Source: a virus
Lineage: Duplodnaviria; Caudoviricetes
Virus record (IMG/VR): IMGVR_UViG_3300037183_000024
Coordinates: 1-43,983 of that record
Strand: one strand, 5' to 3'
DNA: 43,983 nt
Positions 25,104-34,119 of the stretch are shown here, piece after piece; within the stretch, counting starts at the first letter, position 1, and each line of letters opens with the position of its first letter. The notes beneath the pieces were generated by a model. The model searched no databases and was not told where the DNA came from. It worked only from the letters and a program-made list of their open reading frames with translations. A program made the translations under genes and the position numbers.

Positions 25104-25649
25104 ATGCCCGGAGAACGGAAATGGCTCGACCTGTCAAGCGGAGGGTCTACCGCCAACGTTCTTCGTCAGTCGACGGGCAACCTGTTCACGATGAACTTCA
25201 CCGTCGACGCGGGAGAGATCCCGGCGGGCGGGGCTTCGTTCCGGGGGGCGCGTGTCCGCACCGTATCGCCGGGCAACTCGCAGGTCGGCAGGTTCTGCCT
25301 CTACTCGGGCTTCGGTGACGGCGTGCCGCTCCTCACCTACGGCGACTTCCAGCAGAAGTCCGGGGACATCTTCGCGGTCTACACGGCGCTGTTCGTCGAC
25401 GCGATCCCGGTTGCTGCGGGGAACTACCAGTTGATGATCTGCGCGCCGTTCGGCGCAGCGAACCAGCTCGAAGTGTGTGGTCGCAACGGCGCCGTCACAA
25501 TCGGCCGCCTGCTCTCGACGGGGGGCGTTTTCGACCCTCCGATGAACCCGCTGAGCGCCACGGGTAACTCGCCGACGATCCTGAACATGGAGGTCTTCGC
25601 GCTCTGCGCGCCGCCGCTTCCCGACCTGATCTTCGGCGGTCGCGCCTGA
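25104..25649 (+). CDS. Beta-rich putative virion accessory protein
   Basis: Beta-strand pattern; preceded by TCCG-N10-CAGGAT (25078-25097); TGATG-coupled to the next gene. Confidence 0.6.
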   Translation: MPGERKWLDLSSGGSTANVLRQSTGNLFTMNFTVDAGEIPAGGASFRGARVRTVSPGNSQVGRFCLYSGFGDGVPLLTYGDFQQKSGDIFAVYTALFVDAIPVAAGNYQLMICAPFGAANQLEVCGRNGAVTIGRLLSTGGVFDPPMNPLSATGNSPTILNMEVFALCAPPLPDLIFGGRA

Positions 25650-26293
25650 TGGCCGCCTTCCCCTCCACCCCGATCCTCGACAGCGGTGCGGGCATCGCGC
25701 AGTCCCCGATGCCCGACGGGAACCCGTGGCTGCCCGGCGTCTACTCGCCCGGCTTCCCGAACTGCGACCGGGATGGCGCGGGGAACTTCTCGACGACCGA
25801 CGTGGATGGCGCCGGGTCGCGGTGGCCGACGATCTTCGCCGCCGACATGCAGGTCTACGCGCAGCTCACCGCCCAGATCGGAAGCAACGACCAGCTCGCC
25901 CTGTGGTTCGGCTCGACCGTCCAGAACCGCGGCTACGCGATCCGCTACTACAACCCGGCGGGCACCAGGCTGATCGAGCTGGAGTCGATCCTCGGCGGTG
26001 TGCCCTCGACGATCTTTGGCCCGACCACGCTCACCCTCTCGATCGGGGACTGGTTCGGCGCGCAGCGAATCGGCAGCACCATCACCGCGTTCACGAAGCG
26101 TGGGGCGGGAGACTGGAATCAGATCGGCCAGACTGCCAGCGTCGCGACGACCGGCGCCTCGAAGATCGGGATGGAGATCTTCAACAACGCGGGCGGTGCC
26201 CCGGCGGGCAAGCTCGCGAATTTCGGTGGCGGCGAGATCTTCCTCGGCGACATGGGGCAGTCGGCGGAGCTGGGCAGAGGGGCGGTGCGCTGA
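25649..26293 (+). CDS. Lectin-like beta-sandwich protein, paralog 1
   Basis: 'P.TPILDS', 'WPTIFAADMQVY', 'IG.TITAF', 'KIG', 'LANFGGG'. Confidence 0.65.
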   Translation: MAAFPSTPILDSGAGIAQSPMPDGNPWLPGVYSPGFPNCDRDGAGNFSTTDVDGAGSRWPTIFAADMQVYAQLTAQIGSNDQLALWFGSTVQNRGYAIRYYNPAGTRLIELESILGGVPSTIFGPTTLTLSIGDWFGAQRIGSTITAFTKRGAGDWNQIGQTASVATTGASKIGMEIFNNAGGAPAGKLANFGGGEIFLGDMGQSAELGRGAVR

Positions 26294-26913
26294 TGGCCGC
26301 GCCCACCAACGGAATCCTGTCGAGCTTCACGCAGGCCGATGGCGCCCCGGCCAACTTCGTCCAGGGGATCACCGCCTACAGCGTCCCCCCGACCGCCTCG
26401 AACGAGTTGACCTGGCCCCAGTTCCCGTCGCTCATCTGGAACCCGTCGAGCTTCAACGCCGACCAGGAGGCGTTCGCTCAGATCAAGACGCACACCGGCT
26501 CGATGAGCTTTTCTCTGCTTCTGCGTTGGACGAATCCGAACTCTGGAGCGGAGAGCGGGATCTCGGTGCACGCGACGCCTGACGCCCCGCAGTTCGCCGA
26601 GGCGTTCAACTGGGTCGGGGGCGTCGGCACCCTGATCTCGTACTCCAACTTCATCATGGACCCGGGCGACATCTGGATGTGGGCGACGGTGATCGGCACG
26701 ACGCTCTCGTTGTACGGTGGCCCCGATGGCCTCACCTGGACTCTTCGCACTACCTGGACTACCTCGGTCACGGGCGCCGGGAAGATCGGCCTCTTCAACG
26801 CCAACAACGGCGCCGGGCCTTACGGTACGCTCGACAACTTCGGTGGCGGCTCCGTGATCTCTCCGGCGTTCCCGATGAAGCGACGCCGCTCGCGCGGGAC
26901 GAGCTGGGTCTGA
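26293..26913 (+). CDS. Lectin-like beta-sandwich protein, paralog 2
   Basis: 'PTNGILSSF', 'WNPSSFNADQEAF', 'IGTTLSLY', 'KIGL', 'LDNFGGG'. Confidence 0.65.
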   Translation: MAAPTNGILSSFTQADGAPANFVQGITAYSVPPTASNELTWPQFPSLIWNPSSFNADQEAFAQIKTHTGSMSFSLLLRWTNPNSGAESGISVHATPDAPQFAEAFNWVGGVGTLISYSNFIMDPGDIWMWATVIGTTLSLYGGPDGLTWTLRTTWTTSVTGAGKIGLFNANNGAGPYGTLDNFGGGSVISPAFPMKRRRSRGTSWV

Positions 26914-27635
26914 TGGGTGTCGTTACCTCAGCCGTCACGATGGTCGCCTCCACCACGGATGCGGCGTCGGTCACGACCTCGGCCTACACGCCGCTCGTCA
27001 ACGATCTCCTTGTGTTGCTTGTCGGCGCGACCGGCTTCATCCGCGAGCCGCCTCGATGCGTCATCACGAACTCGGTCGCGGGCCTCCCCGGATGGGTGCC
27101 GGTCTGCCGTGCTGTCTTCAACGGGTCGGTCGACTCGGTGCTTGCGTTTGTTGGGGCGGCGAAGCAGGGCCAGCTTCAGCAGGTGTCGCGCACGACGACG
27201 ATCAACTTCGACGGGGTCACCGTGACCGGCAACTTCTGGGGCATCTACCGAATCTCGGGGATGCAGCGCACCGGCCTGGGCGCGATCCGTCAGTTCGCGA
27301 TTCAGCAGAATGGAGCCGCGGCGGGGACGCCAGGCCCGGTCTTCCCCGCCGCATGCCTGACCGGCAACCCTGTCGTCGCGATCCTCGGCAACGGCACAAA
27401 CCCCGCGACCGTCACTCCCCCGACCGGGATGACTGAGACGATCGACACCGGCTACGCCACCCCGACCGCGGGCTTCGAGGCCGCGTTCGCTTCAAGCGGG
27501 ATCACCGCCTCGACGTTGTCGTGGGGTAGCACGTCCGGGACGGCCTTCGGCGCGCTCGCTCTTGAACTCGACACCCGCGATCTCACCGCGGACGACGAGC
27601 CGTCCACCGACATCGGGTGGGGGGCGCTTCAGTAA
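26913..27635 (+). CDS. Thr/Gly-rich beta-sandwich minor tail-like protein
   Basis: 'TP..NDLLVLLV', 'T.PTGMTE..D' and 'T..WG' patterns typical of phage accessory tail domains. Confidence 0.6.
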   Translation: MGVVTSAVTMVASTTDAASVTTSAYTPLVNDLLVLLVGATGFIREPPRCVITNSVAGLPGWVPVCRAVFNGSVDSVLAFVGAAKQGQLQQVSRTTTINFDGVTVTGNFWGIYRISGMQRTGLGAIRQFAIQQNGAAAGTPGPVFPAACLTGNPVVAILGNGTNPATVTPPTGMTETIDTGYATPTAGFEAAFASSGITASTLSWGSTSGTAFGALALELDTRDLTADDEPSTDIGWGALQ

Positions 27636-28243
27636 TGCCGACACCAGCGACAGCCCTCATTGACGACTTCATCGGCCCGGACGTTGATCCGCTACCCGCG
27701 CCGTGGAACGTGCCGTTCGGCATGTCGATCGTGAGCAATATGGCGACCAACGACCCGTCCTCGGGAGGGCAGGCGATCTGGCCCACGCTCTTCACCGCCA
27801 ACCAGGAGGTCTGGGTTGACGTGGTGACTCCCTTCACGCTGTCGGGGATCTTCCTGCTCTACGTCTGCACCCAAGACCCGACGAGCCTCTCGGGAGTCAC
27901 GGGCTATTCTCTCGCGTGGAATACCGGCGGGATCGGTCTTCGCCGGGAAGACCCGAACCTGGGATCGGTTTCTCTTGGCTCGGCCGCCGCTCCGGCTGCC
28001 GGGGCGAGGGTGGGTTTGACGCGACTGGGCGCGTCGATCACACTCTGGAAGATCCAGGGAGGCGTCTTCTCAACTCTTGTTTCCGCAACCGACAACGTCA
28101 TCCGGCGCGAGGGCTACATCGCGATGTACGCGGCGGCCTCCACTGGTGACTTCGTCAACCTCAGCAACTTCGGCGGCGGCTCCCTCGATGTCGCATCGCC
28201 GCGGTTCAAGCGCCGCACCCACAGGTCGGTGAGCTGGTCGTGA
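27635..28243 (+). CDS. Lectin-like beta-sandwich protein, paralog 3
   Basis: 'PATALIDDF', 'WPTLFTANQEVW', 'LGASITLW', 'GYIAM', 'LSNFGGG'. Confidence 0.65.
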   Translation: MPTPATALIDDFIGPDVDPLPAPWNVPFGMSIVSNMATNDPSSGGQAIWPTLFTANQEVWVDVVTPFTLSGIFLLYVCTQDPTSLSGVTGYSLAWNTGGIGLRREDPNLGSVSLGSAAAPAAGARVGLTRLGASITLWKIQGGVFSTLVSATDNVIRREGYIAMYAAASTGDFVNLSNFGGGSLDVASPRFKRRTHRSVSWS

Positions 28244-28461
28244 CGGCCGCGGTCGGAGCGTCGGTCGCCCACCGGGTCTTCTCGCGCCCCACGTGGCGCT
28301 CGTCTGTCGTGCGGCGACTGCGGCTCCCGTCCCGGTCGCAGCGGCGCCAGGGGGTCATGCGACGGCCCCGGGCGAGCGTGGGGCGGAGGCCGTCTGTTCG
28401 TCGCGTCGCGCGCCGCAAGGCGAAGGAGCCTCACGAACTAAGTAGGCCCGCATGGGTCTGA
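28240..28461 (+). CDS. Very Arg-rich small protein (uncertain)
   Basis: GTGA coupling; fills the gap; about 19 Arg in 73 aa. Confidence 0.4.
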   Translation: MTAAVGASVAHRVFSRPTWRSSVVRRLRLPSRSQRRQGVMRRPRASVGRRPSVRRVARRKAKEPHELSRPAWV

Positions 28462-31400
28462 GGCGCGAGCAACGCTATCTCGTCACGGCCGTCCAGACGC
28501 AGGCCGTTCACAACTACGGCTCGCAGCCCGACTATCTCGCGAGCCAGTTCCGCGCGTCGGTCATCGCGAACCGCTACCGGCGCGACGCATCCCGAACCGG
28601 GTACTTCACAGCAAGGCGCGTAGGGCTTGGCAACGCGCCTGACTCACTGACGCCCTCGGGCTTCGGGCCTCTCGCCCCGGTAGTCGTCGGCGCTTCCATT
28701 TCGTTCCGTGGCCCGCGGATCTCCAGGACCCGATCACGGCTTCTGTCTGAGGCGCAACGCAATCAGGTCATCTACCAGCTCAGGCCGCCGCAGGTAGTCA
28801 CCGCCGCGCTTTCGCAAGGCATCGCGGGATCACTCGCCCCCGTTCTTGACGGCACCAGTATTCGCCGCCGCGCCGACTGGGCGCTTCGCCCGCCGCAGGT
28901 AGTCACGCCCGCAACCGTCGCGCTCAGCCCGGCGCTGCTCGACGGCTACTTGACGCCTCCTCGCGCCACGAACCCGCCGGTCAGGTCGAGGCTCGCCCCG
29001 CCCGCCACGCTCACCGCTGCGGCGGCGCTCAACTTCGGGCCGCACGTCGAGATCACACGGACGCCGCGAACGAAGGCGACGAGCAGGCTCTCCGATCCAG
29101 CGGTCGTCTTCACCGAATATTTCCTCGGGCCGGTACAGCATCTCATCGCGCCCCGCTCCACGCGGCCCCGGTTCTTCTCCCGCCTCCGCCCGCCGACAGA
29201 CACCGTTGGCCTGGAGGATCAGGGGCGGCTCCAGACACATCTGGCGTACTCCAAGCGCGGGGCACCGAAGTCAGACCTCCGTCCCCCGGTGGTCATCGAT
29301 GACTCGCCGCAGGTCGCGTATCTCCGCGTCAAGCTGACGCGCTCAAGGCCGGGCCTCCCGAAGTCGAGGCTCTCCGAGCCGATCCTCGCGACCAGCACCG
29401 CGGTCTTCTTCGGCCCGAGCACCCACCTGGCCCGAGGCCGGGCTGGGCGAACTCGCTCGCTGCTGCTCCCGGTGCCCGCCGCGTTCCAGCCGGTCGGCTT
29501 CCTCCAGGTCACCCTCGCGCCGTCGCGCCGCGGCGCCCCGAGGTCCCGGCTGAGCCTGACCGCGATCGTCGACCTGACGCCGCAGGTCTACTACATCTCC
29601 ACCACGCTGACGCGCGGGCGCGCGGGTGTCCCGAAGTCGAGGCTCGCCCCGCCCGCCGTCGTCACCGTCACCCAGGTCTTCACCGGCCCCGCCGTTCATG
29701 TGACGCGAGGACGGGCAGGGCTGCCGAAGTCAGTCCTCCACCCACCCGTCGTCGTCTTCCTCGCCGTCGAGATCTACGGGCCGGAAACCCAGCTCGCGTA
29801 CTCGCTCCGGGGTAAGGCCAAGAGCCGCCTGTTCCAGCCAACCGACCTCGTCGACCAGCAGGACGTGGGCCAGGTCAAGACGCATCTGGCGTACTCGCGA
29901 CGCGGCACCCCGAAGTCCAGGCTCGCCCCCCCGGTCGTCGTCTTCCTCGCGGTCGAGATCTACGGCCCGAAGCTCACCCTGGCGCGGATCAACCCGCCGC
30001 CGACGATGGCCCGGCTCTCGCCCCCGCAGGACACCGTCGGGTTGGAGGATCAGGGAAGGGTCGTCACTCATCTCGCCTACTCGCGTCGTGGGGCGCCGAA
30101 GTCGCGACTGCTCTTCTCGTCCATCGTCGTCGACCTGACGCCGCAGGTCTACTACATCGCGACGGCCCTGGTGCGGATCAGGCCGCCCCACACGATCGCC
30201 CGCCTCGGTCGGCCCACGGATCTCGTCGACGACCAGGACAGGGGCGCCGTCCAGGTCACGCTCGCGTACTCGCTACGCGGCAGGCCGAAGTCGACACTGC
30301 GACCGCCGACGGTCATCGACCTCACCCCGCAGGTCTACTACCTCGCGACCTGGCTTGTCCGCAACAAGCCGCAGCCGATCCACTCGGCCCTTCGCCGCCC
30401 CACCGACCTCGTCGACGACCAAGACAGGGGCGAGGTCAGGGTCACCCTCGCGCGGATCAAGCATCCGCCGGTTCAGTCGATCCTCCGCAAGCCGACCGAC
30501 CTCGTCGACCAGCAGGATGTCGGCACCCTCGTCACCACGCTGGCGTACTCGCTGCGCGGCAAGGCGAAGTCGTTCCTCCGTCCGCCCGCCGACACGATCG
30601 GCCTCGAAGACCAGGGTCGCGTCCGTGTCCAGCTCGCCCGGATTCGGCCGGTCAGGACGATCGCTCGGGTCAAGCCGCCGACCGTCATCGACCTCCGGCC
30701 ACAGACGTACTACCTCGCCGTCACGCTCGCCCCGTCGCGGCGCGGCACGCCCAAGTCGAAGCTCTCCCCGGCGAGCGGCTACGGCGCCCAGTTCAAGGCC
30801 GAGACGACGCTTGTCGTCACGCTCGCCTACAGCGTCCGAGGCAAGCCGAAGTCGGTTCTCCACGGCCCCGTCGTCGTCACCGGGGCAACCGTCTACCGTG
30901 GCGTTTCCGTCTGGCTCGCGCGGCAGACACGGCCGGTCGCGAAGTCCCGGCTCTCCGCCCCGGCGGTCGTCGCCCCGTTCGTCGCGGCGGTCTACACCGG
31001 CCCTGCCGTCCATCTCGCGAAGACCTTCCACGGTGCTCCGAAGTCGAGGCTCCTCCCGGTTCCCGCGGCGTTCCAGCCGGTCGGTACGACCCAGATCACG
31101 CTGGCCTACCAGTCGCGACGCCCCGGCAAGGCGGCGCTCCGGCCGCCGGTAGACACGGTCGGCCTCGAAGATCAGGGGCATCTGAAGGTCACGTTTGCCC
31201 GCATCCGCCCGGTGAGGACGAGCGCGGAGCTGCGGCCCCCGACGGTTATCGACAACTCGCCCCAGGTCTTCTACCTGGGCGTCACGCTCGCCCCGGCGCC
31301 CCGGCAGGCTCGCGCGCCCCACTCGAAGCTGCGCCCGCCGACCGTCATCGACCTCCGGCCCCAGACGTACTACCTCGCGATCACGCTCGCGCCATCGTTC

Positions 31401-32468
31401 CGCGGGCGTCCGACCTACTTCCTTGCCCCGCCGACCGACCTCGTCGACCGCGACGACCTCGGCCGCCTGAAGGTCACGCTCGCGCCGTCGTCGCGCCTGG
31501 CGCGGGCAACGCACTCGCGCCTGCGCCCGCCGACGGTCATCGATCTCCGCCCGCAGGTCTACTCGGTCACGACGTGGCTGACGTACTCGCTGCGCGGGAA
31601 GCCGAAGCCGCACCTGTCGCCCGCATCGCCGTTCGCGTCGACGCCGAAGGCCGAGACAGTCCTTCAGGTCACGCTCGCCTACAGCCTGCGCGGCAGGCCG
31701 AAGTCGCGACTCCGCGGCCCGATCGTCATCGACCTCCGTCCGCAGACGAAGTACCTGCGCGTCTGGCTGACACGGAACAAGGTCAGGCCGACCCGCTACC
31801 GGCTGCGCCCGCCGACGGTCACGTCGACCCCGAACGCCGAGCAGACGATCGCGACGACCTTCGCGCGCATCACCCCGCCGCGAGTCAACGCTTTCTTCAC
31901 CGGGGTCGTCTACGCCGCCGCCATCGCCCGGCCGCTCAAGCTCACGCTCACGCGAATCAGGCCGCCGCGCACGGTGGCGTTCTTCACCGGGGCCGTCTAC
32001 GAGCCTCCGACACAGCGGCCGGTCGCGACCAGGCTCGCCTACTCGCTGCGAGGCCGCCCGAAGTCGAGGCTCGCGCCCCCGGCCGTCGTCACCCCCAGGG
32101 CAACCGGGACGATCAGCGTCACGCTCGCTCCGTCCTCGCGCGGCAAGGCGACCTCTTTCCTCAGCCCGCCCGCGGCGATCAACGATTCGCCGCAGGTCGC
32201 CTACGTCAAGACCCATCTTGTGCGGATCAGGCCGGTCAAGACGACCTACCGGCTCTACCCGCCGAACCTCGAAATCCAGGTCTGCTACGGCACCGTCGTC
32301 GGCTTCGACTTCGCCCCCGAGGTCTGCGGCTACGACACCGGGGCCATCGCTTCGGGCGAAGTCACGGCCGCGGTTGTGACGGGAACCACAACGGGGGCAC
32401 AGGCTCAGGGCGCGACCGCACCCGGCGGTAGCGTTACAGGCGGCGACGAGAAACGAGAGGGATGCTGA
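28452..32468 (+). CDS. 1338-aa basic Pro/Arg/Thr/Val-rich tandem-repeat protein
   Basis: About 30 or more units of ~33-40 aa with core V-x-L-(AYS/APS/xR)-x-RG-x-PKS-x-L-x-PP; short non-repeat acidic, Gly/Thr-rich C-terminus. Confidence 0.85.
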   Translation: MGLRREQRYLVTAVQTQAVHNYGSQPDYLASQFRASVIANRYRRDASRTGYFTARRVGLGNAPDSLTPSGFGPLAPVVVGASISFRGPRISRTRSRLLSEAQRNQVIYQLRPPQVVTAALSQGIAGSLAPVLDGTSIRRRADWALRPPQVVTPATVALSPALLDGYLTPPRATNPPVRSRLAPPATLTAAAALNFGPHVEITRTPRTKATSRLSDPAVVFTEYFLGPVQHLIAPRSTRPRFFSRLRPPTDTVGLEDQGRLQTHLAYSKRGAPKSDLRPPVVIDDSPQVAYLRVKLTRSRPGLPKSRLSEPILATSTAVFFGPSTHLARGRAGRTRSLLLPVPAAFQPVGFLQVTLAPSRRGAPRSRLSLTAIVDLTPQVYYISTTLTRGRAGVPKSRLAPPAVVTVTQVFTGPAVHVTRGRAGLPKSVLHPPVVVFLAVEIYGPETQLAYSLRGKAKSRLFQPTDLVDQQDVGQVKTHLAYSRRGTPKSRLAPPVVVFLAVEIYGPKLTLARINPPPTMARLSPPQDTVGLEDQGRVVTHLAYSRRGAPKSRLLFSSIVVDLTPQVYYIATALVRIRPPHTIARLGRPTDLVDDQDRGAVQVTLAYSLRGRPKSTLRPPTVIDLTPQVYYLATWLVRNKPQPIHSALRRPTDLVDDQDRGEVRVTLARIKHPPVQSILRKPTDLVDQQDVGTLVTTLAYSLRGKAKSFLRPPADTIGLEDQGRVRVQLARIRPVRTIARVKPPTVIDLRPQTYYLAVTLAPSRRGTPKSKLSPASGYGAQFKAETTLVVTLAYSVRGKPKSVLHGPVVVTGATVYRGVSVWLARQTRPVAKSRLSAPAVVAPFVAAVYTGPAVHLAKTFHGAPKSRLLPVPAAFQPVGTTQITLAYQSRRPGKAALRPPVDTVGLEDQGHLKVTFARIRPVRTSAELRPPTVIDNSPQVFYLGVTLAPAPRQARAPHSKLRPPTVIDLRPQTYYLAITLAPSFRGRPTYFLAPPTDLVDRDDLGRLKVTLAPSSRLARATHSRLRPPTVIDLRPQVYSVTTWLTYSLRGKPKPHLSPASPFASTPKAETVLQVTLAYSLRGRPKSRLRGPIVIDLRPQTKYLRVWLTRNKVRPTRYRLRPPTVTSTPNAEQTIATTFARITPPRVNAFFTGVVYAAAIARPLKLTLTRIRPPRTVAFFTGAVYEPPTQRPVATRLAYSLRGRPKSRLAPPAVVTPRATGTISVTLAPSSRGKATSFLSPPAAINDSPQVAYVKTHLVRIRPVKTTYRLYPPNLEIQVCYGTVVGFDFAPEVCGYDTGAIASGEVTAAVVTGTTTGAQAQGATAPGGSVTGGDEKREGC

Positions 32469-33599
32469 ATGGGCAGTTACCAGTCAGGCACAGCGGTCAC
32501 GATCACGGAGACGATCACGGTTCTCGGCGTTCCGACGAACCCGACGACGGTCACCTTCACTATCGTCAGCCCCGACCCGACGGTGGCCGACGCGGTCTAC
32601 GTGAACGGCGACCCGGAGGTCACGAACCCGAGTCCGGGCGTTTGGGTGCTCTCGTTGCCCGCCCAGGACTACCCGGGCGTCTACCACTACTCGGTCGCCG
32701 GGACGGGCGCGGTCGAAGCTGTCGGCGAGGGCGAGTTCACGGTTCTTCAGTCGAGCGTCGCCCCGACAACGACGGTGCTGCCCGAGTTCGGGCCATGCAC
32801 GAGCTGGATCGACTGCGGTGACATCCGCGCGAGCTGCGACACCGACGGTGACGACGCCCTCCTCGACGGCATCGCGGCGACGGCCTCCCAGCTCATGTTC
32901 GAGATCAGCGGCAGGCAGTTCACCGGCCGCTGCCATCGCACGGTGCGCCCCTGCGACGTGCTCTCGGCGTGCTGGGGGAACTTCTCGGGCTACAACTCGT
33001 GGGTCGGGTGGCCGTGGGCCTGGTCGTGGGATGGCTACTCGTGGGGCTGGTACGACCAAATGGGCTGCCACTGCAACTGCGCCCCGCTGTCGCGCGTGCT
33101 GCTACCCGGGTGGCCGGTCACCGAGATCACCGAGGTCAAGATCGACGGCGTCGCGATCTCGCCGGACACCTACCGGCTCGACGAGAACACCTACCTGACC
33201 AGGATGCGCGACCCGGCCTCGCCGGAGATCCCGCAGTTCTGGCCCGGCTGCCAGGTGCTCGACCTCGACGACAGCGAGTCGGGCACGTGGTCGGTCAGCT
33301 ACCTGTCGGGCGTCGATCCTCCGCTTGCGGGGAAGGCCGCGGCGACAGCACTTGCCTGCGAGCTGCTCCCGGGCGCGGACTGCAAGCTCCCGAGCGGCGC
33401 GGTCAGGATCGTGCGGCAGGGCGTGACGATCGACAAGCTACAGCCGCTCGCGCGGATGCTGCTCGAAGGGATGACCGGCATCCCCGCGATCGACACCTTC
33501 ATCGCCGCCTACAACCCGTCGGGCCTGCGCCGCCGCCCCGCGATCTGGAGCGCCTCGGGACCGAAGTACGCAAGGCCGGTAGGCCCGCACAGTGGCTAG
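32469..33599 (+). CDS. Head-to-tail adaptor with a fused N-terminal Ig/BppU-like domain
   Basis: N-terminal 'PTTVTFTIVSPD...GVYHYSVAGTG...EGEFTV'; adaptor part 'ASQLMF..SGRQF...TVRP', 'EVKIDG...YRLD', 'WPGCQ', 'LACEL', 'RQGVTI'. Confidence 0.78.
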   Translation: MGSYQSGTAVTITETITVLGVPTNPTTVTFTIVSPDPTVADAVYVNGDPEVTNPSPGVWVLSLPAQDYPGVYHYSVAGTGAVEAVGEGEFTVLQSSVAPTTTVLPEFGPCTSWIDCGDIRASCDTDGDDALLDGIAATASQLMFEISGRQFTGRCHRTVRPCDVLSACWGNFSGYNSWVGWPWAWSWDGYSWGWYDQMGCHCNCAPLSRVLLPGWPVTEITEVKIDGVAISPDTYRLDENTYLTRMRDPASPEIPQFWPGCQVLDLDDSESGTWSVSYLSGVDPPLAGKAAATALACELLPGADCKLPSGAVRIVRQGVTIDKLQPLARMLLEGMTGIPAIDTFIAAYNPSGLRRRPAIWSASGPKYARPVGPHSG

Positions 33600-34119
33600 T
33601 GATGTCGGCAGCCTCTACGACCTCGCGCAGGCGACACTCACGGTCGCAAGGACGTGTCTCGCGACGACAACCGCGGGCACACCCGCCGTGTATTACGTCT
33701 CGCCGGGGTCGCAGCCAGCATTCGATTGCTGCCCCGCCCTGATCGTGACGGCGGCCGGGCTGTCGGAGGAGTCGACCTCGCCGCTCGACATCACCGCGCA
33801 AGGCCACCGGGCCGCCTACGGGCGCCTGAACCTCGCGACGTTGGTGGTCTGGGCGCTGCGCTGCGCGCCAACGGTCGACACGCACGGGTCGGTGCTCTCG
33901 ACCGACATCGAGGCTGTGGCCGAGGCTGTGATGGAGGACGCGTGGGCGCTGTGGTGCGGCTTCTACCACGCCGTTCAGAACGGCACCTTCGAGGACAAGT
34001 GCGCGGACGTGCATTTCGATCGCGGTCTTCCGATCCAGGAGCAGGGGGGATGCGTGGGTTGGTTCTTCACGCTCAGGGCGCAGCTCGACGGCATCCCGAA
34101 CCCCGGGCCTGGCACATAG
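33592..34119 (+). CDS. Neck/tail-terminator-like protein
   Basis: Position; 'PG..PAFDCC..L', 'LRCAP', 'QGGCVG'. Confidence 0.6.
   Translation: MASDVGSLYDLAQATLTVARTCLATTTAGTPAVYYVSPGSQPAFDCCPALIVTAAGLSEESTSPLDITAQGHRAAYGRLNLATLVVWALRCAPTVDTHGSVLSTDIEAVAEAVMEDAWALWCGFYHAVQNGTFEDKCADVHFDRGLPIQEQGGCVGWFFTLRAQLDGIPNPGPGT

Noticed and set aside
30273-32216. 647-aa minus-strand ORF
   Set aside because: Antisense shadow of the GC-rich repeat gene; R/D/G-rich with no motifs.
28452-32468. Repeated DNA blocks as a CRISPR array or DGR template/variable repeats
   Set aside because: The repeats are in-frame coding units with synonymous variation. There are no unique spacers, no cas or reverse transcriptase gene in the window, and no evident adenine-specific pattern.
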